Shown: positions 46,982-57,530 of the stretch, piece by piece
Numbering within the stretch: position 1 is the stretch's first letter
Layout of the letters: the number at the start of each line of letters is the position of its first letter
Assembly (NCBI GenBank): GCA_035687895.1
Contig: DASRUE010000196.1
Coordinates: forward strand, 1,489 to 65,488
DNA from: Bacteroidota bacterium
GTDB taxonomy: Bacteria; Bacteroidota; Ignavibacteria; UBA10030; UBA6906
Direction of reading: 5' to 3'
DNA length: 64,000 nt
Program-made: the position numbers and the translations under genes
The notes under the pieces: model-generated
The model's input: only the letters and a program-made list of their open reading frames with translations
Told to the model about the DNA's origin: nothing
Database searches by the model: none

Positions 46982-48214
46982 ATGATAGCAACAGCAGTAA
47001 AAACATTGCAGGATATCGCAGCATCCATCCCGGATACAGCCCCAGGCATGGAACGGCAGATGCTAATTGGGGATTTGGTCTCGAAACAATCTCCCGCCGA
47101 GCGTACTGCCCTACGGAAGCTCATGGACAGCTACCTGACGCGGATGAGCAAAATCAACGCATCAGATATAGATATGGGCGGTTATGGATGTGGCGGTCAC
47201 ATCTGGTATCGCGTGTATGGTGACAAGAAGGTCGATGCTGCGATTGGGAAATTCACACATGATGAGTTTAACGTTCTCATTCAGAGCGTCTTGATTGAGC
47301 GGCAGCGCCTTTTCCTGTATGAAAACCGAAATCTTGATTTCTCATACAGTATCGTTGAAGACGACAAGATGTTCAGGTTTCGCGCGGACGCGTACTTCGA
47401 CCTCGATCAACTGGCGCTCAACATGCGCGCTATTAACGCGACGGTTCGTCCGTACAAGAATCTGGAACTCAATCCGAATGTAACTAAAGCGCTCAGTCTC
47501 TCCTATACGCAGCAAGGGCTCACGCTTATCACTGGCATCACGGGTTCGGGGAAAAGCGCTACACTCGACAGTATCATCGACGCAAACAACCATACCGTAG
47601 ATGCGCATGTTGTGATCATTGCATCCCCGGTGGAGTATGTTCATAAACCGGATCGTTGCATTATCCGCCATCGAGAAGTGGGACGAGATGTTCTGTCGTT
47701 CAAGGAAGGGGCCATTCAGGCATTGCGACAAGACCCCGATATCATTGTAATCGGAGAAATGCGCGATCCGGATACAATTATGACGGCTCTCGAAATCACA
47801 GATAGTGGTCATAAAGTGTTCTCGACGCTCCACACCGCCTCGGCCGTGGAAACCATAGATCGTGTCATTGGCGAAGTTCCACCGGTCGAGCAAGAACGTG
47901 TAAGGATGCGTCTTGCGGACACGTTGAGTTGTGTGATGTCACAGAAACTGGTTCCGAGCTTGGACGGGAAGCTGGTTCTCGCAAAAGAAGTTATGGTAAT
48001 GATCCCGTCCGTACGGGCAGCGATTAAGAACAATAATACGGGTGAAGTCTACCAGATGATGGCCGAATCAGGTGATCTGGGAATGATCACCCTTGAGCAG
48101 GACCTGAAAAGATTGTACATGCAGAAGAGGATATCGCTGGAGAATGCTATAGTCACGGCAAACAACAAGCGACGCTTCCAGCAGATCATGAACTTAACTC
48201 CTGTGGGAGACTGA
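46982..48214 (+). CDS. pilT: PilT/PilU-family retraction ATPase with an ~55-aa N-terminal extension
   Basis: It has the Walker A ITGITGSGKSATL, a KINASDIDMGG (ASDLH-like) region, and the His-box region STLHTASAVETIDR. Confidence 0.8.
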   Translation: MIATAVKTLQDIAASIPDTAPGMERQMLIGDLVSKQSPAERTALRKLMDSYLTRMSKINASDIDMGGYGCGGHIWYRVYGDKKVDAAIGKFTHDEFNVLIQSVLIERQRLFLYENRNLDFSYSIVEDDKMFRFRADAYFDLDQLALNMRAINATVRPYKNLELNPNVTKALSLSYTQQGLTLITGITGSGKSATLDSIIDANNHTVDAHVVIIASPVEYVHKPDRCIIRHREVGRDVLSFKEGAIQALRQDPDIIVIGEMRDPDTIMTALEITDSGHKVFSTLHTASAVETIDRVIGEVPPVEQERVRMRLADTLSCVMSQKLVPSLDGKLVLAKEVMVMIPSVRAAIKNNNTGEVYQMMAESGDLGMITLEQDLKRLYMQKRISLENAIVTANNKRRFQQIMNLTPVGD

Positions 48215-48272
48215 CGCGAGGGTACGAGGAGTCATCACGAACACTTTCTAGAACAATACAGGAAGCTCCCCT

Positions 48273-49826
48273 ATGGCTTCTATGAAAGGGCCGAACAAGA
48301 CAGTCCTTGGAATCTTTGTCGACGGTCTGGATGTTAAGCTCGCTCATCTGAGCGTAAAAGGAAAACGGGTCACCGTACATGAGTTGCGGTCTGGGACCCT
48401 TGTAGCGAAGCTGGAAGAGCGCAAGGCAGTTGAAGTTGGCAGCATGTCCGACACCGCCGATGCGTTCAGCTTACCCGCTGGTATTTCTGCGGATTCCGGC
48501 ATTGAAGCCCAATCGGAGGACAACAATGCCGTCTTGCTGGGCCTTCTTGCCCAGTATCCTTCCAACAAGTACTCACTGACCTATAGCATCGCCGAACCAG
48601 CGATCTACTATCACCTCCTGGAAAGTGATTTTGGCTTGAAAGGGAAGAAGCTCAAGGAACGAATCCTTGCAGAGCTTAGAAACATTCGCGCCTTTCAGCC
48701 TGCAGCTGATGCTGTAGATGCCATTACCACGGATGAGGGGAACCTCCTCTGTGTGGTCCGCGAAGATGGGCTTAGCCTCATCAATTCTCTTGAGAACATC
48801 AAGGGGTTCATGGGTAACAGGTTGCCCCGGATCCCGGCGATCGACAGCGCTGACATTTCGTTGATGAACCTTGTCAGGCTGAACTATGACCTTCAGCCCC
48901 AGGAAGTTTCCGTTATCATTTATGTGGGTGTTGAGTTTACCCGCTTGATCTTCATGAGGGGGAGTCAGTTCTATCAGTTTGCCCCGATCCTTGGAGAAGG
49001 GTACGATTCGCCGAACCTCCAAAACACGGTCTACAGCAGGCTATTGCTGGAACAGGATAATCTAGCCATCCCTCGCATCAGTAAGATCATACTTGCAGGC
49101 GAATGTCGTCGCATCAACTTCAAAGAGTTCCTCACCCAGCAACTCCCTGATCAAGAAGTCGACTACCTGTTGACGCCTCAGCTTGATTCCAGTCCGTTGC
49201 CTCCTGAACAACAGGAGTCAATCTCGGAGTTTGCCGTGCCTATTGCCGCGGCATGGAAGGTGTTGGATCCCACGAACCCGAGAATTTACAATATTAACCT
49301 CTTACCCGCGATTGTGCGGGAAGGTCAGCGTGTCTTCAAACTGGCATGGCACGGATATCTCCTCCTCCTCCTGCTCTTCTTTTCGACCCTGTTCTTCACA
49401 TGGTCGATTGCGCGAAAGCAGCGCGATATCGTCGAGCAGTCTGACGTCCTCGAACGAAAGAAAGTCCAGCTTGCGGAGAATGAGGCAGTGCAGAATTCCA
49501 TCATTGACCTCCAGCAACAAATAGCCCGCTACCAGACTTCCCTGGCATTGTATGACACCCTTGTGCCAGGTAGTGAACGATGGAGCAAGGTCTTCACCCA
49601 GTTTAGCCACGGTGTGGAGGACTTGAATTCGATCTGGTTGACGGACTTCTCAACTGGTGATGCCGGCGTGATGACTGTAAACGGGTTTACGGTGTACCGG
49701 ACCCGCATCCCGCGGCTCGCAACATTGTTTGATAACACGCTCCTGAAGGAAGTAAATGTGCAGGCGATTCGTGAGCAGGCCGTCTATCGGTATAAGATTG
49801 AAGTACCTGCCCCGTCCGGGCAGTAG
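48273..49826 (+). CDS. PilM-PilN fusion protein (actin-like PilM domain, then TM helix and coiled coil)
   Basis: The first ~340 aa resemble PilM (VLGIFVDGLDVKLAHL...). A TM helix LLLLLLFFSTLFFTWSI follows at ~350, then a Q/E-rich coiled coil. Confidence 0.6.
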   Translation: MASMKGPNKTVLGIFVDGLDVKLAHLSVKGKRVTVHELRSGTLVAKLEERKAVEVGSMSDTADAFSLPAGISADSGIEAQSEDNNAVLLGLLAQYPSNKYSLTYSIAEPAIYYHLLESDFGLKGKKLKERILAELRNIRAFQPAADAVDAITTDEGNLLCVVREDGLSLINSLENIKGFMGNRLPRIPAIDSADISLMNLVRLNYDLQPQEVSVIIYVGVEFTRLIFMRGSQFYQFAPILGEGYDSPNLQNTVYSRLLLEQDNLAIPRISKIILAGECRRINFKEFLTQQLPDQEVDYLLTPQLDSSPLPPEQQESISEFAVPIAAAWKVLDPTNPRIYNINLLPAIVREGQRVFKLAWHGYLLLLLLFFSTLFFTWSIARKQRDIVEQSDVLERKKVQLAENEAVQNSIIDLQQQIARYQTSLALYDTLVPGSERWSKVFTQFSHGVEDLNSIWLTDFSTGDAGVMTVNGFTVYRTRIPRLATLFDNTLLKEVNVQAIREQAVYRYKIEVPAPSGQ

Positions 49827-49859
49827 CACTATCGACCTGATGATCAAAGGAGAGTAGCC

Positions 49860-50756
49860 TTGTCATACAAAATACGAAATAGCGTCGTGCTGGGCGTCCT
49901 GCTCTTCCTCGTCCTTGGAGTAGGAGTGTATGTCCGCGGCTTCAATCTTCCGGGGAAACTCAACAAGATTGAGACAGAGATCCGCACCATTGAGGACCAG
50001 CTGCAGAACACGCCAAACTTGGTGGCGGAGTTCAACGATCTGAGCGCCAACCTTGCGGACACAAAGAAGCGCTGGGAAAACCGGAACAAGGATATCCCAC
50101 CGGTGGATGTTACGTCTCAGACCTATGCATATTTCAGCCGATTGATTGACTTGAGTGGCGATGTGAAACTTGACCTTCTGTACACTGGAGTAGAGCAAAA
50201 AGGGAACTACGGGTTCAATGTGTACAATTTAAGGGGCGAGGCGCCGTTTGAAAACTTTTACAGGTTCATCTGGTACCTTGAAAACGGTCGTAAACTCTAC
50301 AAGATCAAAAAAATGAATGTGAAGGGGCTTGAGATAGCTCCCAAAGAGGATGAGCCGGGCGGCATTTTGGTCACCTTTGAGATGGTCGTCCATGCATATT
50401 TCTCGTCGGTCGCAGAGCTTGCGAGCGCTCCCGGTGAACGAACCATAACGCCAAATTATCTGATGATTGATCCTTTCAATCCGGTGATTTCGAGCGACAT
50501 TCCGGCCAACCTCCGGAAGCTGATAGAGATTGAGCGTTCCGATTTGAAAGCAGTCATTCCAGGAAAGGCGTTTGTCCTTGATCAGACAAACGCGTTCAGA
50601 ACACTGACGGAAGGGGATGAAGTTTACCTTGGCTATGTGACCAAGATCGACCCCGAACTAGGACGGATCGAGTGCACGCTCAACAAGGGCGGCATCATTG
50701 AGAAGGTGGAATTGAAGATACGCTACGGCATTCAACAAAACGTTGTGCAAAAATAG
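49860..50756 (+). CDS. PilO/PilN-family inner-membrane pilus alignment protein
   Basis: It uses a TTG start, with AAAGGAGAG 5 nt upstream. An N-terminal TM helix is followed by a coiled coil and then a ferredoxin-like periplasmic region. Confidence 0.5.
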   Translation: MSYKIRNSVVLGVLLFLVLGVGVYVRGFNLPGKLNKIETEIRTIEDQLQNTPNLVAEFNDLSANLADTKKRWENRNKDIPPVDVTSQTYAYFSRLIDLSGDVKLDLLYTGVEQKGNYGFNVYNLRGEAPFENFYRFIWYLENGRKLYKIKKMNVKGLEIAPKEDEPGGILVTFEMVVHAYFSSVAELASAPGERTITPNYLMIDPFNPVISSDIPANLRKLIEIERSDLKAVIPGKAFVLDQTNAFRTLTEGDEVYLGYVTKIDPELGRIECTLNKGGIIEKVELKIRYGIQQNVVQK

Positions 50757-50769
50757 GATCGAGGACAGC

Positions 50770-52023
50770 ATGAAAACACGCACTATTGTCTGCATACTTA
50801 CTCTGCTGGCAGCCAGCATGGCACCGGCCCTTGGTCAGACAAACCCCGAGGAGCGACGCTCGTTCCGGGAGTACACATCTCCTGAAGAACTCGTCTCAAT
50901 TGCTCCGACTGCCACGATGGACAAGGCGCTTGCAGCCATCAGCGAGGTAAGTCGGAAGTTCGTCGGGAAGATCATTATTGATACGGAGCGGCGGACGATG
51001 CCGGTCAACGTCGACATCCAGGGCGTGCAGTGGCGCGACGCCCTTGAGATGATCTGTCGCAAAAATGAGATCTGGTACTCGGAGTATGAAAACTATATCC
51101 AGCTCACATCGTCCGGCAGCGCAACGACTGCCGATGGTGCGCGGCAGGGAGCCGCCGCCGCCGGGAGCCCCGATATCCAGAAGGAATTTGCCACCTTCAG
51201 GAGCCGGGAAATCAAAATCTCGGGAGTTTTTTTGGAAGTGAATCTGAGCAAACTCGATGAAGTCGGATTGAACTGGACTTTCATGAAGAGTACATCAGAC
51301 TATTCGATCAATTCCTCACTCGCCGCGGGTGATAGGGTTTCTAGTGAGATCTTCAAAACGGAAATCACACCGAAGGTGAGCTTCGCCAACATTAACATCC
51401 TCGCAAAGATGTTCTCGAACTACAACCTTGGTGAGATTCTTTCAAGTCCGCAAATCAACGTGCGTTCGGGGGAAGATGGAAGGATACAGGTAGGGCAGGA
51501 CTTCTCCATTAAAGAGCGTGACTTTGCCGGTAACCTGATCGATAAGTTCTACAGTGCTGGAACGATCATCAAGGTGAAGCCGCAGGTGATCAACGAGCAA
51601 GGGGTGAACTTCGTGCACATGGTGGTTGATGTTGAGCGCAGCTCGGTGGTGCCCGGGTCCGTTAGCACAATCATCAACAAGACGAAAGCAAGTACCAACG
51701 TCCTTCTGCTCGACGGTGAAGAAACAATCATTGGTGGTTTGTACACCACAGAGGTCACCACGGTGCGTTCAGGTATTCCATTTCTGAAGGACCTGCCTTG
51801 GTATGTCTTTGGTCTCCGGTATCTGTTTGGGTATAACAGAGAGGAAGAGACGAAGAAGGAGCTTATCATCCTTCTGAAAGCTGAGCTCGTCCCGACATTG
51901 CAGGAACGGATTACGCAGAAGACCAGGCCGGGTGAACTTTACGAGCAGTGGCGGGCGGATCGTGCGAAGGAAGAGCAAAACCTCAAAGGCGAGAGCGCCG
52001 CAGACGAAAGTGAAGAAAAGTAA
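50770..52023 (+). CDS. pilQ: Secretin (type II/III secretion system protein family), short form
   Basis: It has a signal peptide. The C-terminal secretin domain is NVLLLDGEETIIGGL...SGIPFLKDLPWYVFGLRYLFG. The start was set to the ATG (MKTRTIV) in the tabled frame. Confidence 0.75.
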   Translation: MKTRTIVCILTLLAASMAPALGQTNPEERRSFREYTSPEELVSIAPTATMDKALAAISEVSRKFVGKIIIDTERRTMPVNVDIQGVQWRDALEMICRKNEIWYSEYENYIQLTSSGSATTADGARQGAAAAGSPDIQKEFATFRSREIKISGVFLEVNLSKLDEVGLNWTFMKSTSDYSINSSLAAGDRVSSEIFKTEITPKVSFANINILAKMFSNYNLGEILSSPQINVRSGEDGRIQVGQDFSIKERDFAGNLIDKFYSAGTIIKVKPQVINEQGVNFVHMVVDVERSSVVPGSVSTIINKTKASTNVLLLDGEETIIGGLYTTEVTTVRSGIPFLKDLPWYVFGLRYLFGYNREEETKKELIILLKAELVPTLQERITQKTRPGELYEQWRADRAKEEQNLKGESAADESEEK

Positions 52024-52059
52024 TCCTCCATGGGAACCACAACATTTAGGGGACGGTCA

Positions 52060-53517
52060 ATGAAGAGAACTATGCTCATGCTGGCGCTCGTTGCCACGAT
52101 GGCACTCGTCCTGTTTGCGTGCAAGAGCGACGAACAGGGGGCAACACAGGGTGAAGGTGTCATTACCGGAGTTGTCACGGACGCGGCAACGGGGAATGCA
52201 CTGGCGTCTGTGACTCTGCAGGCACAGACGATTGGTGGCGCAACCCAGACAGCTACCACGGACGCACAGGGTAACTTTCGCTTCAGCTTTACCACTGATA
52301 GTGCCAAGTCTGTCACAATCTCCGTCACAAAATCGGGGTACCGCGATACGTCGGTTGTTGTTCAAATTCAGCCCGGTGTTGTCGTGACCCTTGGCCTCCA
52401 GATAGCTGCGCGATCACCAATTTCTGGTGTTGGAGGAGGCAGCGGGGTTGCGCAGACTATTGCCTTCCTCGGAGCCAGCCCCCGGCAAATCTCAGTCTAT
52501 GGTGTCGGCGGACTGGAGACATCCATACTCGGATTCGAAGTACGCGATTCACTTGGACTCGCTATAGATGCAGCACATTCCGTTAGCATGAGTTTTCAGA
52601 TTGTCGGTGGATTGAACGGCGGCGAATACATTTCGCCACTCTCTGTCACCACTAATGCCATCGGTCAGGCCTATACCACGTTCAATAGCGGGATCCGGGC
52701 AGGCGTCTTTCAGGTTGTTGCAACGGTGACTTTGGCCGGACGCCCGCCGATCACTTCGAATCCGGTCAGGTTGATCATTACGGCTGGATTCCCGGATCAG
52801 GCGCACTTCACAATCGGCATCGACCGCTTTAATTTCCCGGCACTGGGAATTGTCGGCAAGCGGAATAGTGTAAGTGTTCTCGTGGGCGATAAGTACACAA
52901 ACCCGGTCCAACCGAACACTGCTGTGTACTTCAGAAGTAGTGCAGGGGTTATTCAGCCCAGCGTTTTTACGGACGCAAGTGGCCAGGGGACTGTGGACCT
53001 CATCAGTGGAAACCCGGCACCATTTGGCATCTATGCGGCTCGGCCGCCATATGGTCCGGATACAGCGGGCTATCACCATATCGTCGCGCGAACCGTGGGT
53101 GAAGGTGGTGTGACGGTTCAGGACAGCACATTGATCCTTTGGAGCGGCGGGTCCATAATCTCAAATGTCAATCCCACGACTTTTAATATCCCGGACGGTG
53201 GTTTCCAAGACTTCACCTTTACTGTCTCTGACTTCCTCGGGCACCCACTGTCGGAAGGGACTATCATCAGTGTGCAGGCCACTGTGCCACCTCCCCCCGA
53301 TCCAAATGCTCAAGTTAATCAGGTCCAGCTTGCTTTCGGGCGGAATGGCTCACTGACCTTGCCGGATGTTATATTGCCTGGACCCGGAAGGACGGCTTTC
53401 GGCTTCCGCCTTAGCGATGGGAGTACGATTGTCGCGGTAACACCGGTTACTGTCTCAATCACGGTGACGAGCGAGAACAATAACGCTTACTTCACGTTCT
53501 TCGGTATTGTCAACTAG
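52060..53517 (+). CDS. Lipoprotein with a CarboxypepD-reg-like domain and Ig-like repeats, last gene of the pilus cluster
   Basis: It has a lipobox LFAC. GVITGVVTDAATGNALASVTLQ...DAQGNFRF resembles CarbopepD_reg. AGGGGA precedes the ATG. Confidence 0.6.
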   Translation: MKRTMLMLALVATMALVLFACKSDEQGATQGEGVITGVVTDAATGNALASVTLQAQTIGGATQTATTDAQGNFRFSFTTDSAKSVTISVTKSGYRDTSVVVQIQPGVVVTLGLQIAARSPISGVGGGSGVAQTIAFLGASPRQISVYGVGGLETSILGFEVRDSLGLAIDAAHSVSMSFQIVGGLNGGEYISPLSVTTNAIGQAYTTFNSGIRAGVFQVVATVTLAGRPPITSNPVRLIITAGFPDQAHFTIGIDRFNFPALGIVGKRNSVSVLVGDKYTNPVQPNTAVYFRSSAGVIQPSVFTDASGQGTVDLISGNPAPFGIYAARPPYGPDTAGYHHIVARTVGEGGVTVQDSTLILWSGGSIISNVNPTTFNIPDGGFQDFTFTVSDFLGHPLSEGTIISVQATVPPPPDPNAQVNQVQLAFGRNGSLTLPDVILPGPGRTAFGFRLSDGSTIVAVTPVTVSITVTSENNNAYFTFFGIVN

Positions 53518-53546
53518 TATCCGTTAGCGATTTCTGTGGTATCAAA

Positions 53547-53580
53547 CCCCGGCGAGGTACTCGCCGGGGTTTTGTCATTT
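53547..53580 (+). terminator. Strong rho-independent terminator ending the pilus cluster
   Basis: A CCCCGGCGAG-GTA-CTCGCCGGGG stem-loop is followed by TTTTGTCATTTGTT. Confidence 0.75.
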
Positions 53581-53661
53581 GTTCCACCTTTTCCTTCATT
53601 TGATTTTGCGCGCTATTTCCGTTAGCTTTTGGTTCACGAATTTGACCCCCAGATTACATCT

Positions 53662-56523
53662 ATGGCAACGATAGCCTCCGAGAAAAAACTCTTTCTTCGT
53701 TCTACCTCCAATGAAATTGCCGACAAGATTGTCATCCGCGGTGCACGCGTCCATAATCTGAAGAGCATAAACCTTGACCTGCCCCGGAAGAAGCTAATTG
53801 TGTTCACCGGTGTGAGCGGCTCCGGCAAGTCCAGTCTCGCTTTTGATACTATCTATGCAGAGGGGCAACGCCGATATGTAGAGAGCCTCTCGTCGTATGC
53901 GCGACAGTTCTTGGAACGGATGGACAAGCCTGACGTGGACCTGATTCAAGGAATCAGCCCCGCGATGGCCATTGAGCAGAAGACCAATACCCGCAACCCG
54001 CGTTCCACCGTAGGCACGACGACGGAGATCTACGATTACCTTCGTCTGTTGTTTGCCCGTGTCGGAAAGACGTACTGCGAAAAATGTGGCAGGGTTGTAA
54101 CAAGGGATTCTGTCCAGAGTGTGATGGAGGCACTCCAGCTCGAGACGCACCAACGCAGGCAGGCAGGGGGGGACTCGGCTCTGAAGATTCACATAGCATT
54201 CCCTCTTCCTCTTCATCCGAAAGAGACACTCGGCCAGGCACTGATCAATCTGAAGAAGGAGGGTTTCTTCCGCATTCTTGTTGCCGGTGACGTTGTTGAT
54301 CTGAACGAAACACCGACAATAGGGAAGCGAAAGGCAGGGGAAATCTCCGTACTTGTCGATAGGCTGGTGGTCCGCCCTCAAGAGGAGAATGACCGATTGG
54401 CGGATTCTATCGAAACCGCTTTTGCATCTGGAAACGGACGTATGTCCGTGGTTCTTGTTGAAGACTCCCGCGTTCTTCCATTCAACCAGAATTTTGAATG
54501 CCCGCACTGCCATATCAAATACGAAGAACCTGAGCCGAGACTCTTCTCATTTAACAGCCCCTTTGGCGCCTGCCCTGAGTGCCAGGGGTTTGGTCGGGCC
54601 GTTGGCATCGATATGAACCTTGTTGTTCCAGACAAGAACAAGACGTTGCGTGAAGGTGCCATCCAACCCTGGGCGACCCCGAAGTTTCTGGAAAACCTCC
54701 GGAGCTTGGTCCGCATCGCGCAGAAGGCGGGGGTGAGGTTGGATGTTCCTTTTGCACAGCTTGGGCCGGAAGAACTGGACGTTGTGATGCGCGGGTTTCA
54801 GACGTTCGATGGGGTTGACGGGTTTTTCAAGAAGGTGGAGAAGAAGGCATACAAGATTTATTATCGCGTATTGTTGAGCCGTTATCGCGGGTACACTATA
54901 TGCCCTGCATGCAAGGGCTCCCGTCTTCGCAAAGAGGCCCTGAGCGTCAAGATCGATGGGAAAAGCATAGCTGACGTGGTACGAATGACGATTGCTTCGG
55001 CCGATGATTTTTTCAAAATAGTTGCCTTGACGCCACATGAGATGGAGATCGCCCGGAGGATCCGCGAAGAACTCCAAAAGCGACTGCGGTATCTCCATGA
55101 GGTGGGGATCGGGTACCTCACCCTGGACCGACTCTCCAACACTCTGTCCGGCGGGGAATCGCAACGGATCAATCTGGCGACGTCGCTGGGCTCGTCGCTC
55201 GTCGGGGCGCTCTATGTGTTGGATGAACCAAGCATCGGTCTTCATCCCCGCGACAATGAACGGCTGATTCGGATTCTGAAGGCCCTGCGAGATGTGGGGA
55301 ACACAGTCATAGTAGTTGAGCATGACGCTGACATGATGCGGGCATGCGACCTCATTGTAGATATGGGTCCAGAGGCGGGTGAGCATGGTGGCGAAGTAGT
55401 GTTTTCAGGATCACCAACGACCATCCTTGATGATCAGAAGTCCCTTACAGGCAAATATCTTTCCGGCCGTCGCGAAATACCTGTTCCCGCAGTCCGCCGA
55501 AAGGCAGGCGGCAAGGCAATCAAGGTAGTAGGAGCAACAGAGAATAATCTTGCCGGAATCGACGTGACATTTCCACTCAACAAGTTGGTTTGTATTACAG
55601 GTGTGAGTGGCAGCGGCAAAAGCACGCTTGTCCATGATGTGCTGTTTGGTGGCCTCAAAAGGCTGAAAGGTGATTTCAGCGCCAAGGAAGGAGCCTGTCA
55701 CTTCATTGAAGGCCACGAGGAGATCGCTGCTGTGGAACTTGTGGACCAATCACCCATCGGCCGATCGCCACGGTCAAATCCGATCACCTATATTCAAGTG
55801 TTCGACCAGATCCGGAATCTGTTTGCATCAACGCAGGCGGCACGGATACATGGTTTTAGGCCGGGCCATTTTTCCTTCAATGTTCCAGGGGGGCGATGCG
55901 AGACCTGTGAGGGGGATGGTGTTATCAAAGTGGAAATGCAGTTCCTCGCTGATCTCTATTTGATGTGTGACTCGTGTAAAGGGAAACGATACAAACAAGA
56001 AGTACTCGACGTCCGGTACCGGGGAAAGAACATCGATGATGTGTTGGCGATGACCGTCACGGAAGCAATCGACTTCTTTGAAGGGAGCGCCGTGGGGGCA
56101 AAAATCGCCCGGCGGCTCAAGGTCCTTGCAGATGTCGGTCTTGGCTATGTACGGCTCGGCCAGTCTTCAACGTCGCTTTCGGGTGGAGAGGCGCAGCGCA
56201 TTAAGCTTGCGGCCCATCTTGGAAACACACACAAGGATGGCCACACGCTCTTCATCTTCGATGAACCCACCACGGGTCTGCATTTCGATGACATTGCCCG
56301 GCTAATGTCGTGCTTCACAGCTCTGCTGGATGCGGGTAATTCCGTGGTAATAATTGAACACAACCTTGATGTTATCAAGTGTGCCGATCATCTCATCGAT
56401 CTTGGTCCCGAGGCAGGAGAGGGGGGTGGAAAGGTTGTTGGTGTTGGGACGCCGGAAGAGATTGCCCGAAACGAGCGCTCACATACGGGACGGTTTCTCC
56501 GTCCGTATTTAAGGATGCCTTGA
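53662..56523 (+). CDS. uvrA: Excinuclease ABC subunit A
   Basis: It has two ABC modules ([28 protein letters not shown]; [11 protein letters not shown]) and zinc-finger CxxC pairs. It is about 953 aa from the ATG. The tabled start is a TTG upstream. Confidence 0.9.
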   Translation: MATIASEKKLFLRSTSNEIADKIVIRGARVHNLKSINLDLPRKKLIVFTGVSGSGKSSLAFDTIYAEGQRRYVESLSSYARQFLERMDKPDVDLIQGISPAMAIEQKTNTRNPRSTVGTTTEIYDYLRLLFARVGKTYCEKCGRVVTRDSVQSVMEALQLETHQRRQAGGDSALKIHIAFPLPLHPKETLGQALINLKKEGFFRILVAGDVVDLNETPTIGKRKAGEISVLVDRLVVRPQEENDRLADSIETAFASGNGRMSVVLVEDSRVLPFNQNFECPHCHIKYEEPEPRLFSFNSPFGACPECQGFGRAVGIDMNLVVPDKNKTLREGAIQPWATPKFLENLRSLVRIAQKAGVRLDVPFAQLGPEELDVVMRGFQTFDGVDGFFKKVEKKAYKIYYRVLLSRYRGYTICPACKGSRLRKEALSVKIDGKSIADVVRMTIASADDFFKIVALTPHEMEIARRIREELQKRLRYLHEVGIGYLTLDRLSNTLSGGESQRINLATSLGSSLVGALYVLDEPSIGLHPRDNERLIRILKALRDVGNTVIVVEHDADMMRACDLIVDMGPEAGEHGGEVVFSGSPTTILDDQKSLTGKYLSGRREIPVPAVRRKAGGKAIKVVGATENNLAGIDVTFPLNKLVCITGVSGSGKSTLVHDVLFGGLKRLKGDFSAKEGACHFIEGHEEIAAVELVDQSPIGRSPRSNPITYIQVFDQIRNLFASTQAARIHGFRPGHFSFNVPGGRCETCEGDGVIKVEMQFLADLYLMCDSCKGKRYKQEVLDVRYRGKNIDDVLAMTVTEAIDFFEGSAVGAKIARRLKVLADVGLGYVRLGQSSTSLSGGEAQRIKLAAHLGNTHKDGHTLFIFDEPTTGLHFDDIARLMSCFTALLDAGNSVVIIEHNLDVIKCADHLIDLGPEAGEGGGKVVGVGTPEEIARNERSHTGRFLRPYLRMP

Positions 56524-56668
56524 CGGTGAGTGGGTGGGCGCCGGGTGAGCCTCGTCACCGCAGTCGCTTGGTGAATGTATTAAGTTGGAACTGCAAGAAG
56601 CACTGAAAGGCATTGGTGCCACAATGGATTTAGGGGAGGTCCTGCGTGTGCGCCAGTGCCTTTCGCCA

Positions 56669-57463
56669 TTAATAGGCCATTCCCACGTTCAGCGTGATGA
56701 AAAACCCCCCAAAGTTTTTCTTCGTGGCCGCGACTGTTCCATCTGAGGTATTAAACAGCGAAGGAAGCCCGTCTCCAAAAAGATAGTTGAAATAGTATCT
56801 GAAATTCACACCAAAGACATTGCTCTTCTCCGACCCGAAGTTCGCCCCCACCCCGATGAAAGCCCCTGCTGTATAGTGAGGCTGTCCTTTTCCGAGACTT
56901 TTGAAAAACTCAACTTGGCGGAATTCTGCCACCCCAGAGACATTCGTAACGATTTCGGTAAAAGGTGCAGCGAAGATCATTGTGGGTCCCGCACCACCAT
57001 TCACATAGGGCCGAAATGTGTCAACGATATCCTCCCTGAAGAGGCGGTGCTGAACACCGAACATAAGAGGGAGAACAAGAAAGCGGTTCAACTTTCCGGG
57101 TACAAACGACACTCCGAGGTATTGATCAAACCGTTCGACCTCCCGCTCATCTTTTGATTCAGAAATGGAAAAGGTAACGAATCCGAAAAGGTCTTCAGTA
57201 AACTCGCGCCGGTAAAATGTCCCGAGTCCGAACCCGCCGTCAGAGATAAGAACATCCAGGCCCCATGCATTCAGCAGAGGGGCCTGCGCGACAGGGCTAG
57301 CGGCGCCGGGGATCGAGTCCCACATTGTGGATAGGTTATTACTTCTCATTCCATTTGCAGGAAAAGGTGAGGACATGTTCAGCTGTCCAAACGCGGTTTG
57401 AGCCGTCAGCCACGTCATTATCACCACGTACGTTAATAGACGCACCTTCATTCCTGGAAGCAT
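56669..57463 (-). CDS. Outer-membrane beta-barrel protein, hypothetical
   Basis: AAAGGAGGGAGG sits 4 nt upstream of the ATG (MLPGMKVRLL...). It has a signal peptide and a beta-rich region. The tabled ORF translated the SD. Confidence 0.5.
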   Translation of the reverse strand: MLPGMKVRLLTYVVIMTWLTAQTAFGQLNMSSPFPANGMRSNNLSTMWDSIPGAASPVAQAPLLNAWGLDVLISDGGFGLGTFYRREFTEDLFGFVTFSISESKDEREVERFDQYLGVSFVPGKLNRFLVLPLMFGVQHRLFREDIVDTFRPYVNGGAGPTMIFAAPFTEIVTNVSGVAEFRQVEFFKSLGKGQPHYTAGAFIGVGANFGSEKSNVFGVNFRYYFNYLFGDGLPSLFNTSDGTVAATKKNFGGFFITLNVGMAY

Positions 57464-57530
57464 AGCCCCTCCCTCCTTTGGCGGCAACGAGTTTTGTCAG
57501 CAAGATAGGCTGTTTGTGTCAGAAAATCAA

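Noticed and set aside
53794-55386. Two long minus-strand ORFs (239 and 279 aa) within uvrA
   Set aside because: They are antisense shadows of uvrA. The plus strand carries unmistakable ABC motifs.
56605-56664. Hairpin between uvrA and the convergent OMP gene as a terminator
   Set aside because: The loop is about 44 nt with an imperfect stem, and it overlaps the end of the OMP coding sequence. The evidence is too weak.
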